DNA from: Camelus dromedarius
Lineage: Eukaryota
DNA: 64,000 nt
Assembly: GCF_036321535.1 (NCBI RefSeq)
Contig: NC_087436.1
Location: 76,510,001 to 76,574,000 of the forward strand
Direction of reading: 5' to 3'
Made by a program: the position numbers and the translations under genes. Every line of letters starts with the position of its first letter. Position 1 is the first letter of the stretch. The notes under the pieces were generated by a model. That model had not been told where the DNA came from, ran no database searches, and saw nothing but the letters and a program-made list of their open reading frames with translations. This document shows, one piece after another, positions 36,131 to 50,650 of this stretch.

Positions 36131-37714
36131 GACAGGTATACCTGGTTACAGGAATCACAGGAAATCCAGACACATGGAAAACCAGATTTATACACATGAT
36201 GAATTATTTTAAGGGTTCTCTGAACACCAATGCCATCATCCATCAATGTGAAGCTGCTTCTACAAATGTGCATGAATTTCCTGAAAGGATTTATAATCCA
36301 GCCAATACGGTACATTTTGAATGTGTTACAGAAAGGACAGATTTACAGGAGACAATCTGCCTTCATGATGATTGCATATTGTGGCATTTCTAGTCCATAT
36401 GGATCAGTAAGACTTGGATAGCAGGCATTTGACCTTCAAAATCATGCAAATGTGAAAGCAGACTTCCACTCTTACAGCTGGGAACGTCAGTGGGACTTCT
36501 TCGGCTTGTTCTGGAGGCATTGATTAAAACATAATTTGACTTCTAAAAATTATTGCGGTTTGATTTTAATGCTTATTTCCCCCCATGGAGAATGATTTAG
36601 TCTTCTGCTCCCCTCATCCACATTCCTTCTGGCTAACCTTCGCTCATTAGCACCCAGAACTCAAATACTGATCATTTAAGAGAGAACTTGCTAACTCAGA
36701 GCCACAGGCTAACTATAAGCAAGACATCAAACCTTTTTGTTCATGCCAGAGTTAATCTCCAGTAATAACTTCTGAAAACCTTTGAAAAGGTCTCAGAGTG
36801 GCTTTCTATCAGAGGCCTTAGGAAACTGCACACTTTCTCACTGCAAAACCTTGATCATGCCAGATATAATCAGACTGTTTATCTGGCAATGTTAATTTTC
36901 TGGGTTTACAGTATAACAATTCTCCAAGATTATTGGAACAGAATCACAAGAAGTTATATCTGTTAATCGGCCAATTTTTTTTTTTTTTGCATTTTAAAAA
37001 TTCAGTGCAAAATGGTATCACATTTTCTACAGCGCAGACAAGACTGTGCTTGAATAAATGCATTTTGCCAAAGCAAAAGTAATGTAAAAAAATCTCAAGA
37101 TTGAGAGAAACAGTTTCAACAGTTTCCCTCTTTGTGATATAAGGCTTTGAGAACCCTGCAGGGAGAGGCAGACTAGAAGAAGATACAAGCATCTTTGTGA
37201 CCACACTCTGCCAAGCTGAAGATAACAAGCAAAACTCTTATCATAAAGGTGAAAAAAAAAAAAAAAGCTCTCAGCCCCATATCTCTACTTCTAAAGAGGC
37301 AAAATCTTCCCACCCTAGCAACTCTAAGTACTTCAGTTACTCCAGAGTCTTCTGTAAAAGGATGGCTTGTAAACTGGTCTAGACAGGTTTTGGACTTCTG
37401 GCAATAAGCCTTAAGGAACTTATTTGTTTGCTATTTTGTGTATTCCTGCTTTAAGATTGTGCTTATAACAAATCATTTTAAACTTATTATGAATTCTTTA
37501 CTGTTTAGGACAAATATTCTTACATCACCTGACTCCTGTCTCATAACTCAATTTAACTATTTCTCAAATGGAAATTTCTTTCTTCTTGCATTAATCAGCT
37601 ATAAGTTTTACTAGTTGCAAAGTTTAGTGTCTCCAACTGCTTATGATTAGAACAGTGTTTTCTCGTTTTGTTTCTGGAAAGTGTAAACATCCAGTATACT
37701 CAGAATCCAAAGCA

Positions 37715-37990
37715 CTCAATACTAACAGCAACTGGCATTTATTAACAGAACACATTATGTGTATAGTGTATAGGTCCTAGTCCTTTCCATGCGTTTCTGC
37801 TCATTTATTTCTCCTTACAACCTCATGAAGCAGGTGCTCTGGTTGTCCTCATTTTACAGATAAAGACAGTGAGGTCTAGAGAAGCGGGGCAGTTGCCAGC
37901 TGTCCATCTTTGGTCGCATTTGGGCCTCGTGACTCAGAGTTTGAAACCAAGCAAGCAGTCTTTCCCAAGAGCCGACAATCTTTACTGTTT
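37715..37990 (-). mobile_element. MIR SINE
   Basis: gcaactggcatttatt...ccttacaacctcatgaagcaggt...cctcattttacagataaagacagtgagg. Confidence 0.85.
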
Positions 37991-39204
37991 GCCCGTACAA
38001 AGAGAAAAAGGGCAAGGCACTGATGAATATTTATTCTCATTGTTTATGGACTTGCTCAATTGCTAGCTTCAATCAAAAAGTTCAATAGAAAATTGAAAAT
38101 CCTCATGAATTGTAAAGTCACCCTATTAGAAAGGTAAAATGATAGCTCAGCACCTTGAAAGTACAGATGCCAGAAACTGGGACTGTGATGGATGGAAGTG
38201 ACCATTAGGAGGCAAGTCGTATTCTCATATAAGGTCTCAGTTTCCCCCTTGATAAAATAAATCATTGGAATGGACAAGTTCTGAGATCCTCTGGACCTGA
38301 CGTTTTAAGACGTTATGATAAATCTTTAGTGGTAGTGATTACAGTTGTAGTTTAGAATATTGCTTTTATTGATAAAATTTGATATGTACAATCATAACTT
38401 AGAATAAACAGAGCACAGGCTGCTCACTGTTTCTTTGCAGAAAAAGAATCCTCATCTGGAAGTTTCTCTTCTTGCTTATAAAGACCACTACATAATTCAG
38501 TACAGAAGCCAAGAAAGGTATGATTTCCGCTCCTGAAGAACCAGTGTGGCACATTCCAAAGAGACTTTTATAAAAGGGAAATTGGAGATTGCTTCTTATA
38601 AGAATTTCCTGCTTTTGGTATAATCCTACTATTCATATTTGTGTAATCTGTCAACCTAAAATGGTCTTGCATACCACATATATACATTTAACATCCCTTG
38701 GGGAATGTTAGGACATTGTCTGTAAATATTTGGTGGGGGGGTGTTGAACATTCCCTTAAAAATTACACATGAACACAGTATTTGGCATGCAATTTTTCTG
38801 TGTTCTGTGTTTGAAGTCCTATCACATTAACTTTTGCTTAGAGATCTTTGTGATCCTCAGAAAGGTATAAAAAGTTTAGCAAAGAGCAAAAAAGAATTTA
38901 GTATGAACGGAGCGGGAGTATTTTTCCCCTAGAGATCCATCATCAGGCTTTGGGCAAAGTGGAGGAAATCCTTTGAAATAATACTCAAGATTTTTTTGTA
39001 TCTGCATACAAAAAGAGCCACCATATTCTCAAAATAATGAAAATAATTTGATAGATGCTGAGAGGCTAGGATCCAGGAAGGGAAGCTGCTTGTTTATGGT
39101 AAAAACATCTGTTCCACTAAACTCGTGTTACCCCTCACCCTTGCTTCCAATGTCACCGGATACCCCTCCTCGCAAATGCTCTTAATAGCAGAATCCCTTA
39201 AGAG

Positions 39205-39665
39205 GTAATTAGCTGATCCACTACTCGTTTGCTCTGATTCCTTTTCCATCCCCTTGTTCTGCATTTCAGGAAACTCTATCTTCTAGATTCTCTTGTTTTC
39301 TTGCAAATCAAAGCCCTAATAGAAGAGTGGAGGGGAGAAAGGGAGGTCAGAGCAACCCCTGGCCCTGTCTCCCTGGGCGTTTCCACAAGCGGCTGGCCTC
39401 CTCCAGGTGCTCACTGTGGTTCCAGCTGCCATGGGGAACTCTTCACATGGTTTTTGCCCTGAATGGCCCTGGCTTCTGGGTTCTGCAAACACCACCTCTT
39501 TTTGTTCCTCCAGCTCCAGGGATGGTACTTTCTGTTGTTGCTGATTTTTGGTTTGTCTCACTGTCTCCTGTTTGACTTCCAGATCTCCCTATATAACCTT
39601 GAACTAAATATCTTTATTAGAGACAGCTACGGTGGCTCCTGTTTTCCTGATTGGGCTCTGATGCG
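39205..39665 (+). mobile_element. ERVL solo LTR (LTR33-like)
   Basis: gaggggagaaagggaggtcagag...ggttccagct...ggcttctgggttctgcaaacaccacctc...ggtggctcctgttttcctgattgg. Confidence 0.7.
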
Positions 39666-41007
39666 GGTTAACTGGTTGTAGGTGTGCTGTTTCTGGTACA
39701 GGGGATAAAGGGAGTGAAAATAAGTATTACAGAAAGCAAACAGATCTGAAATATTAGATGAAGTAGTCATATTACGACAATATGGACAGTTTCCATGACT
39801 CACCACTCAGTTTCATCAAAACCTGTTAGAATACCTGATATCCTTCATTATCATTCTCACTTTCAAACGACTTCTTGCTGCATTTTGCACCATGGAGTCT
39901 ACGGATCTTTCTCTGTCAAGTTATATAATCCCAGAATGATTTAAAAACATAAATTGCCTGAGGTTGAATTAAATTCTTTGTAACTGCTTTGAAGTGAAGG
40001 AACCGTGACATGAGTGCAGGTGTCATTTATAAATGCACAATTTCAGCCAAAGAAAATATGTAGACAAATAGATCTGCAGGTTTCCTACATTTTCCGCTGT
40101 GAGGTTCAGTGGGTAAGCAGCAGTCTGGAACTCAGAAGCTTTTTGAAATATCCTCTACTCTGCCCCTCATGTTCAGTGACCTTGAGTAAGTCACTAAATT
40201 GAAGGCAACTCTGGCTCTGGAGGGAATGATCAAGTGTCTGGGACAGCAACTCATTTTAAGAAAAAGATAAAACAGGCTTCAGAGATGTTCAATGCTAGAA
40301 AAACTTAACAAACAAAATAACATTTGGAGGTGTCCATGTGCGTGAAGCCCTCTAGAGAGTTCTATTATCATAACCAATCATGTTTAGTTGTCTCTGTTTA
40401 TGCTGATGCCTGGGAATTTATATTTCTAACACCCATTGCCATTAGCTCCATAGGTCCTCTGGAGAGGAATTCATTTTACAAATTCAAAGCAATCGCTTAG
40501 TTTTCATTTGCATTCAATTTCCCATCGTTTCCCTCTGCAATAAATGTCAGCTGGTTAGTGCAGAAAACACTGAGACTTAGGTTAAAAGTATTTGCAAACA
40601 TGCAATCAGGAATTGACTAAAACAGTTTTCTACTTCTGTGTTTCATTGACTGCCATCTTCAGAACCACATGCCAGATTTCTTGGTAAAAGGTTACATTCC
40701 TCACTCAAGGGAACATTATCCCTAGGCCTGACCTTGTTTTTAAGAGAGCTGAACATCACACTACTCACTCTGGAAATCTCATAATCTGACCCCAGCATAG
40801 TCTGATTTAAGTTGCACTTAGAACAAGATGGTGAGATACTCGGCACACGTTTTACCCGCCTCCCTGTGTCTGTGATCATCACTCATGGCACTTTTTCTCA
40901 CTAAAATCTTCACCCAGTATTTCAGGAAGCCTTTACCAATTGGTTGATGCTATTATAATTGATGTAATTATTCTTTAAACCTGCTTTGGGAATATAATGT
41001 GAGCCCT

Positions 41008-41225
41008 GTTTTAAAAAATTTTGTATTGAAATGTAGTTGATTTACAATGTTGGTTTCAGATATACATATACAAACATTTTTTTCTTTTCAGATTCTTTTC
41101 CATTATATGTTATTATAAGATATTGAATATAATTTCCCGTGCCATACAGTAGGTCCTTGTTGTCTATTTTATGTACAGTAATGTGTGTCTGTTAATCCCC
41201 AACCTCTAATGTATCCTCCACCCTT
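41008..41225 (-). mobile_element. Cetartiodactyl-type L1 3' end fragment
   Basis: ttgaaatgtagttgatttacaatgtt...cagattcttttccattata...aagatattgaatataatttcccgtgccatacagtaggtccttgttg. Confidence 0.85.
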
Positions 41226-42149
41226 TAACACAGGGTTGACATCGGGTATTTATTTTAATATGAACCTCTTAGACAATTTTAGCAAATTAATGTCCTTCAG
41301 AAAGTATCATTGTGGGATTTAAAAAAAAAATGTTTTTAAATCCGGAAGAAAATACTGTGAAATTTGTTGGACGTAACTAGAATCCAAAACCTCTAGTATA
41401 TAAATTTTCTCTAGGAACAGGGAAAAATGAAAGCTAAAGGCAGTGAGAGAACAACTGAGGAGACAGTTTTATTCCATAGGGATAGGGTTCTGAGACTGGA
41501 AGGGACGTCACCGGGGTATAACATCAGAATTGGAGCTAGGGCACATATAGTTAGGGGTTATTTAGTGATGATGAGAAGAGAATGTTTTGGTTTGACAAAA
41601 AATGTAGATACCTGACTTTGTTTAAGTAGTCTTTTTGTGTGTGAGGGGAGACGCTTAAGTGTAAAATTATAAGCTGGTTCTTTGGGAAATTTTTAGCAAC
41701 AACCTGTGTGTAGGATTGATTCAAATAAATATTTATTGAGTAATTACTGCACACAAGACCCTGTTTGGTAATTTCACTCTTCACATATAAAATACAGATA
41801 ACAATGCTTGACTTTTCTATTTCATGAGATTGCAGGGAGGATTAAATGAACAAATATGTATAAAAGCATTCTTGAAATATGAAGAACTATTTTTATTACA
41901 GTCATATTTTAATGATAATTATATTTATACAAGGAGGGAAAAGCTTAATAGGTATTAATCCTTAATCTGGAAATGTGAGGGAGGGAAAAATCAATAAGGG
42001 ATTGCATGAGATTACTAAGCACAGTCTGGAACTTTAAGGCTACCATATATATTTTGAGACCTAGTGCAATGCCTGGCTCATAGAGGTACTCAGTAAATGT
42101 TGAGTAATTGAAGAAATGAACCAATGATTGAATTAAAAATGAACCTTTT

Positions 42150-43400
42150 GCCTTTGCCTTGCCCATAATTGTGTCTCTCTAGTCTGTTTTTTCATGCCAC
42201 TTGGACTTTAGGCTTGCCATGTTTTCTGCGTCTTCATTAACTAAAGTTTTATGACAGCAGGAAGACTCTTTGCTGACCCCTTTCCTTCCATCAAGCCCTT
42301 GCATTCCCACAGGTGTTTGCAAAGTTCATCTTCCAGCTTCTATTCATTGTATGATCACCTTCACAAGTGCTTTCATTCAATTCCCATTTCTGTTTGAGAG
42401 ACATTTAAATTTCTAGCCCTGACCCTGATCTTCTGACCCACGTTTACAATATCCTGCTGGATATTTCCTCATCAAGATGTTCTCTTCTGTCCCCTTCTTC
42501 CCCCGCTCATATCAATCATAAAGCCAATAATCCTGCTAAGAGTGCTGCAGTTACCATCATTTTGTTCCTCTCCCTTTTCCGCAGCCATCCTCCACTCCCA
42601 CTTGACACCTCGTTCCCTGCTGCAGAGAGTTCTACATCTCCATGCCTGCAAACACATGCACTCCACTTTCTCTGCCCACTGCTGCTTCTTTGGGACTGGT
42701 GATTAACTTCTTTGGACTTGGGTCATCGCCTTCTAATAGTTTTCCCCAACATCTCATCTCCAAGCCTTTCCTACCATAGTGTATCAAACCTCTTGATAAC
42801 AGGGTTAGCTCTCTGGAATACAGTCTGCTCAAGCAACCTCCTGTCACCACACTCTGCGTCCAGTGTGGCCCTGCCAGAACCTGCCCAGCTCTGCGTCATC
42901 TGTAGAATGAAGTGCAGACTCCGAATGTGCCTTTCAAAGCTCTCCGCAGTCTGAATTCTGCTTAGCTTTTAGCCTCTTCTCTTGGTTCACTTTCAGTCAC
43001 TCTAGGCTGCAGTAATTTCAGAACTACTTACTCTTCCCAGAGCATGACTATCTCCATGCCTTTGTTTAGGGTGTTTCACCTGCCTAGGATGACTCTCTTT
43101 TTCCTTGTAATCAAATTCAGGCACAAGTCATTCCTGGATCTTCCTTTTAGATTCTAAAAAATGACTATCAGTCATTTGTTCATTTCTTGGAGTTCTCATT
43201 TAACGTTGCTTACTCTTCAGTTGAAATATCTGTATCATGCTTCGTATTATTACATGGAAATTTGGATGTGCTCCCTCCTCCCCCCACTGGGTGGAAGCCC
43301 TTGGACAGTGGAGATGATGCATTAATAATCTATGACCACTGCCCCACCCCTAAATACCAGACACACATACAATAATTGCTTATTAAATTTTTATTGAATT
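42150..43400 (+). mobile_element. L2 LINE 3' region
   Basis: aaatttctagccctgacc...atatcctgctggatatttcc...tctgtagaatgaagtgcagactcc...aagcccttggacagtggaga...ttattgaattgaa. Confidence 0.75.
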
Positions 43401-45295
43401 GAAGTTTTGTAGAACAATACTTTGAAATGTTATTAACACTTAAAATTAATAATATATGAAGAAAGTGAGCCTTGATTTATTTGCTGTGGAGTCAAGATAA
43501 ATTAATTAGTGGAGAAAAATAATTGGGGCAATGTTTAAAGGAGATCTATTGAGCTTCACTTCTCATTTCTGTTTCATGTACATCCATATATGTGTAAGAA
43601 AAAACTTTAACTGTACACATGTTTTTATGCTTTCAGGCTAATTGATACAGAACAAGTAAAGAAGATAAAATTAGCTAATTCTGAGCAATAGCTAGTTGGG
43701 AAAGGAAAGACGTTAAATGACAAAGATGACTGTGATTAATACCAAACAAGATTTTTGTAGGATGAGTTGTTTTGGGCAAAATTTTTATAGATCAATTTCT
43801 GCTTCCTTTAGGTAATAGAACCATTCATTGTAAGGTCTGAACAATATTTTTAAATTTAAAGTAAGAGAAGAAAGTAGGAATGCTCCATGAGATAACAAAA
43901 AAATAAAGAAAAAAAATAACTTTCTCAAAATTAATGGTTATAAAGGTAATTCAATATAAAAAGCAACCAATGAATTATACAATTTGTGTTAAGCTGATCT
44001 CAGAATTATATAGTAATTTACTTGTGAAAGTATTTGCCAAATTACTGAGAATCAATTGAGAATATTTATCAGACTCAGATCAAAATACTGGTGACTCCAA
44101 GTATAAAAAATAGAAAGCTCTCATCCAACAAGCATATATGTATATGTATATAACTATCTTAATGCAGTATTAGACATAAAATGGAAACTAGTCCAATTAT
44201 TTAAAGATCAGCAAAGTAACAAAAGGAAACAGCCACTCAAATGAATAATGAAATACATTTGATCTATAAATTTGTCCCAGCTTACTTAATCAAAATTGAG
44301 AATTGCAAAATTGAGAATTGCAGCTGTTTATAAAATTTTATTAATTTTATTTAGTATTTAAATGTTCTTCAACCTAATAGAGCTAGAGATATTTTTTATT
44401 AACTTTTAAAAAATATTTTTGATACAAATATCTAAAACCAATTTTCCAGAAAAGCAATTAAAATCAAAGAGTGGCTATAATTAGTATAAAAGAGCTAAGA
44501 AAATAACTTTGCTATTTAGATGTTAAGGTAGAAAAAGGTTATTCAAAAATTATATTGTTTTTAGTAAAAATCTATTCTCTGAGGGTGACACTTAGTGGGA
44601 CACGTTCCCTGTCCCTCTGGCTATCGCTTCCTAAATATTCTAATAACTCAAGTAAACTGCCGGGACAAACAACGCAGCTATGAATGTGTCTGGAGATTCT
44701 GCATCTGCCTTCCTTAATCAACTTCCTTTCCTGAATATGAATTGCAGTAATGAGTCAATTAACGTCCTCAAATGCCAATGAGATGCAAAAGAGATTGGTA
44801 GTGGTGGTGGTGGCAGTGCATTTCAGGAGCTGTTCCAATGTCTGGAATTTAACGAGAATCACACACTGAGCTCACGACTGATTATTATCTCATGCAAACG
44901 TGACTGGCTGGCGCTTTCCCCTGCAGCCTTCCCCATGGCTCCCCCAAGAAAGTAGGCAAGACAAATCCAACCTTATTATCAAGAAAATCTCTTTGGTTTG
45001 CAGCCATTACTCCTAAGGCTTAACTTCAAACCTCCTTACTCAGATGAAAAGACATGCTCTTCGTAATTTTCCCTATCAATGTTTTGCATTGATTCTTTAC
45101 ACATATTCTGAAATTAAGACCCTTTTTGGTATATGCCAATAAGTAATTAGCAATCTATTTTCAAATCACAGCCTCTAAGTGCCATTCCTTCAAGGTGCAT
45201 TTAAATAGTTTACTGTAATTTGTCTTCTGTCTGGCAGGTGTTTTAAATATATTACTGTCTATCAAAACACACTTGTTTGTTTTCTTTGATAGTTG

Positions 45296-45440
45296 TCTTT
45301 TATTGATGTATAATCGACGTGTAACATTATATTAATTTTAGGTGTACAACAATGATTTTGATACATGTATATATTGCAAAATGATTACCACAATAAATTT
45401 AATTAACATCCATTAGCACAGATGGTTACACCTTTTTTTT
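45296..45440 (-). mobile_element. Short L1 3' end (L1MA9/laurasiatherian type)
   Basis: ttttattgatgtataatcgacgtgtaacatt...ggtgtacaac...tattgcaaaatgattaccacaataaa. Confidence 0.85.
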
Positions 45441-48400
45441 TCCAGTTCAGGTTTATTGTTTTCTTCCCATTTTACGGACAGTAGAAGTGAGGCTCAAGGA
45501 GTTGTTTATATAACTACTAAACATCAGGAGCAAATTGAAATCAGACCTATCAGCCTTCATGCCTGTTCTCTGCACTGTGAAACAAGGCTCACAGCTGTGT
45601 GAGTTTTGATTTCCTACCTGTTTATGTGAAATTTAAGGGCATAGTTATTAAAACTTCAGACTTCAAAACAGCAATTCTCTTTTAATTTTATTAAAAATCC
45701 TTCAGGTTTAATGAATATTAAATGTGTCAGTGCAATTTACATCTCGGATTTTTCAGTTTCCTCATTTTAAAAGCCTGGACAGCTGGCTGACCACTTGGCA
45801 AACACAAGACCCCCAAAGTAAAATGATAACTCTGGCCGCATGGCCACTTTTCCCTGACAGATTGGAACCCCTCACTGGCCATATTTTAATGTAAAAACTG
45901 AACTACTGAAATTCAGTCATATGCTTTCTTCCCAGGGAGTCGAGAAGTGTCTTTCTGAAGAGCACGTAGGCATCCGCAATAAAATCTGTTGTGCCAGAGT
46001 GACCAATTTAAAGCTTGTTCTTCTGAAAATTCATCTTCTCTAATTGTAGCACAAACCAGAGTGGTCAAAAGACATAGTGTAGTGAATTTCCATGAAAGTT
46101 AAGTTACTCTCAAGTTAAGTGGGTTAAAAAAAAAAGCTATCCAAAGATAGTGGCTTTGTTTGCAGAGATTTTTAATGCTATTTTACCAATGTGGTCTTGT
46201 GACTTAAGTCATGGTTCCTGTTTATTGTTTATACCTAATTTATGAAAAAAAATCTTTTATTTTGGAAAAACTCCTTTTATCCTAATAACACTCTTCGCAA
46301 TGTTGATGCTTTGTATTTAGCAGAAATTCTGGAATGATTCTTCCTCATTAAGATGCGTCCTATAAAATAAACTGCATTTGAAATGCCGTTAAAGCTGTGT
46401 GTCATTATCTATGTTCCCTTTGCATGTTTGATTATGAAAAAAAGGTAAAATATGATGACCTTCTATTCAGTAAATCTGTTCCCTATCAAATAGGGACTGA
46501 TGGGAAAGGAAGTTGTGGGCTAGCCACTTTTCCTAACCAAACACAGAGCTGTGTTCCTAGATGTTTAGTGACCCTCACCCTCTGCAGTGTTGTAACAGCT
46601 TAGGGGCTGAAGACAACATTTTATTTTTTAAGGTTGGAATCATATGATATTGGCTTCTTCAAAAACAAAATACCGAATGGAACTTTAGTTTAAATGTTTT
46701 TAAGAATTAAAGCCAAACTTTAACCTTGGAAACCCCTGCAAACTTCCCAAACAATGTTACATATGAGTAGTTCTTAAGAAAAAGTACTATGCTTTTGAAT
46801 CCTATGTAAAACAAAACAATTTAGCTCGGGTCTTGTGAAATGATACACAGGAAAGTAAATCCCCGAAGGAATTTCACAGTAAGTCACTGCGGCAAACAGG
46901 TCACACTTTCACTTGCTTCAGTTACTTTCAAGATATTTTAAATTTCAGAGCACAAGCCAAGTGAACTGAAAAAAAGTCCTCTTGTATTTCAGTGACATGG
47001 CCTGGCTGTGGTAGCTAAATAGATCTTTACACACATTACTGAATAATCTATACACTCAAATAATTAAAAGCAACCATCCCAGTTTACTCGTAAAAAGTTC
47101 TTCCAGAGTCCCCTTCAGAGTAGTTACAGATGTTCCTCTGCTTCTAATCTAAATGAGTTTCAATAAAATGTATTTTACAACCCTCCTTGGTACATTTAGA
47201 TTTCTAATGAATGTCAAAAAAAAAATTCCCCTTTCTTTCAACTCCATTTAAACAAATTGGAAGCTAAGTTCTTTACCTTTTCCAGAAATAATCTAGTAGT
47301 TTTCAGCTAAGAAAACTTTTTATAAAAACTGAAGTCCAGTTGAGTCCCCTACAGCTCTTAAAATTTGGTTCTGAAGAATATGAGTTTAAGCAAAGTTCAT
47401 ATTTTATGAGATCCTATAAAAATTCACACTGAGGGGACCTGACCAGTAGGGTTTGGGTTGACTGGCATCAATGGATTTAAAGTACTTCGTGATTTTTACC
47501 CTAACACCTGTGGAAAACTCTTCCTAATCAAATTCTGAGTTTCTGATGTCTGCATTTTTTGGAATTCCTGAATAAACTCAAGTAAGAATCTCACTAACCT
47601 AAGAAAGAGGTTTACACAATCTCACTGAAATAATGACCAGTGGTTAAACTTGAACGAAATTACAGCAGTTAATTACCACAACCATCTCTGCTATGTGCTC
47701 AAAAAAGTTCAATATGGGACCTTTTGATAATATATTCAGTAGAATCTCACATTCTGCAAACTGGCTTTTTCCCAAATTCTGCCATCTGATCTGTTTTTTG
47801 CTGGTGCCTTTCATTCTCTCATAAGGCAGGTGGTCAGAATTGAGCAGACAAGTAGTCACCTCATGGTCAAAAAGACGCTTATACTGTGATAAATTGACCC
47901 ATGACTGTTAAGTGTTTTTCACTATTCCTGTAGCACAATCAGCATTTTTTAAAAAATGTACAATAATTTGGCAGTTGAAACAATGATTTATTTATTAATA
48001 AAATGTATGCATATAGATTCTGGTAATAAGGAAACCATCTAAGAAAACAAGAAAATATTGCCAAGTTCCATTCTTTCCAAAATCATCATTTTTTTTTCTT
48101 AGCAAGAAAAGACCCAGTACATAATGTTTTTCAAAGTACTCTGATACTTGAATTATCAAGCCATGAAAGCAAGAAATATTATCACATCAGTGAATTTATA
48201 ACTTGCAAACTTTCTTAATTTATGAAAACAAAAACCTCTCCCGTGAATTAGGAAGAAGACACATCATCATTAATGGGTGGTCAATTGAGATAATGTTTTA
48301 CTCAATGTTTTACAAGTTTTAGAAAGAGTTGGCTATTGACAGAAATAATCAGTGGAGAGTTGAAATACATCTTTAAAACTATATGAATAGACTATGAACT

Positions 48401-48814
48401 ACCTCAAGGATGAATTTGTACTGTTTTAAAGCTTCTGAAGATGAATTTTTTTCTCTATGACAATTTTTCTGCCACATACAATTGAAGCATAAGGTCTCAT
48501 TCATGAAATGTATAAGCATTCAGGATTATTGTGTAAAATTGTAAAAATATTTAAATTGCAGCCATGTAGCTAAAATGCATCTATAATTGCTTGCCAATTA
48601 AGAGCCAGATAACTAGTTAGGCTGGCCAGCCTTTCATCACTAGTTCAGACTCCCTCATGACAGACACAGCAGTGATGGAAGCAAGGCTTCCTAGGAGTAA
48701 AGATCTGAAATGTCTTCACCTTTTGGATTCATTCTTTCATTGCATAAGGAGACCAGTAGATAATTATATATTTTAAAGCTGGGTGTCTTTTAAAAAGCGT
48801 ATTTTCTAATCCTT

Positions 48815-49275
48815 TCATCTTATACTCTATTCCAGTCACTTTGGCCTTGCTGTGGTTTGGATACACCAAGCACACTACCGTCTCAGGGCCTTTGCACTTG
48901 CTTTCCTCACCAGTTTTCTTGCTCTTCTCCCTGATTTCAGTATGCTTCCCTCCCTCACTTCTTTCATGTTTCTGTTCAAATGTCTCTTCATCAGAGATTC
49001 CTTTCTTGCCCCACATTGTAAAATATTAACTACTCCTCTTCCAGAATTCACCACTCCCCAGCCCTTTATCTAGCTTTATTTTCCCTCTTGGCCCTTATGA
49101 CAATGTTGGATGTTATACCTTTATTGACTTACTGGTTTACTGTTTTTCCCACTAAACTTTAAGTTCCATAAGAGCAGGAACTTGGCCTATTTTGTTCATT
49201 ACTGTAAACTAGCATCTATAACGATGCCTGGCATTTATTGATGCTCAATAAACATTTGTTAAATGAGTGAATAAA
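48815..49275 (+). mobile_element. L2 (L2a-like) 3' end
   Basis: ctcagggcctttgcacttgct...aagttccataagagcaggaac...tgctcaataaacatttgttaaatgagtgaat. Confidence 0.9.
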
Positions 49276-50384
49276 GTCAACCTCAGATCCTTGGAGAAGC
49301 TATTATGACTCTTCTATATGAGTCTCATGTCAAAGGGATTGCTATGTATCCTTAAAAATTTTTTTAAGATATATTTTTAAAATTAATGATGTCTTTCAAT
49401 ATTTTAATTTTTAATTCCAATGGATTACTTTGAGGACTTTTATTTATAGAGTGAGCTTCTCTTGGTATGGCTGAATAGAGAGATTTGTTCTTCTAAACTG
49501 TAAGCTCATGATTCCCATAAGATTATCCATATAACCCTAGATGATTGGGATGAAAATCCCATTGTCAATGTTCCATTTGTTATCTTTGGGTAATTGGACC
49601 CCATTATCAAAAAATCAAAATATTTGATATTTGTCTCATTTTCACTTTCTAGATGCAGGTCCTAAACCTGCAAAAGCTTTGAAGAATTTAAATCATGACA
49701 GAGGCTTAACAAAACTATCAGAGTTGTCTTATATGCATGGTAGATACCTCCCTGTTCAATTTGAGGGAATTAGGCAGTTTCTAGAGACTTTTGAATTGTA
49801 GGAATTTTGGAGGAGGACAGTATTTATAAGTAAAATGCTGAAAAAAATCTGTATTAGTGATTTTGCTGATCAGGGCATGTCTTCCCAGGGCTGCTTCCCC
49901 TTACTTCCCTTTATATTTGCTTCATATTCACACAAGTTCATGGGAAAATACTTCAGATTATTGCCTCTACTTTTTAAATAATTCAAACTGTGCATTCAGC
50001 AATATTAGATTATTTGGTCACATAATAAACATCAGATTATATTTTTAGTGTAGAACTTGACATGTCTTAGTTTGGTACAGATTTGTATTTGAATATTTTA
50101 ACTGTGAGTTACCATCTATATAAAGACTTTAAGTAAATTCCATAATTTTTCAGTTAAATGGATATAACAGCTACCTTACAAGTTGATTATAAAAATTTAA
50201 TGAGGTAATATTTTTAAAATTCAACATGATATGCAAATTACAAATAAACAGTCTTTGAAAATATTTAATTTCTTTTACTTTCCTTTGAAGGAAAATTATT
50301 AAATTATTAAAAATACGGAGCCTTCAAAAACCCATTCTTATTTGATAATAATGCCAATATTAAGATTAACATTTTTGATTATTA

Positions 50385-50650
50385 ATTATAATATTAGCTA
50401 ATATTTACTGGTTACTTATTTTGTACAAAGTGCTACACTAAGTAAAATATATATTTTCTCACCTTGAAGCCTCACAACCACAGCACAATGTAAGTATTGT
50501 TTTATTTTCCTCATTTAAAGTTGAGAAAACTAAAATTTGTAAAGGTCAAAGAACTTTTCCAAGGTCACACAGGTCGAAAAAGACAAAGCAGGGATCCGAG
50601 TATAGGTCTTTCTAATATTAAGTTACACCATTTAACCATTGTGCTAAGCT
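50385..50650 (-). mobile_element. MIR SINE (further MIR fragments at about 50050-50230, 50740-51000 and 51770-52010)
   Basis: tagctaatatttactgg...cctcacaacc...gagaaaactaa...ttccaaggtcacacag. Confidence 0.8.

Noticed and set aside
36016..36393. 99-aa ORF with DDGIG (GHKL or RT-like) and WISCDSC (zinc-finger-like) motifs; the opposite strand has CLHDDC (PLA2-like)
   Set aside because: The motifs are isolated and wrongly spaced for MORC, PHD/CW, RT or PLA2 domains; the region partly overlaps a probable old DNA transposon; no splice support. BLASTX would settle it
43840..44560. Very AT-rich tract with faint L1 ORF2-like words (similar at 12150-12600)
   Set aside because: Probably highly decayed L1ME; too degenerate to call or bound
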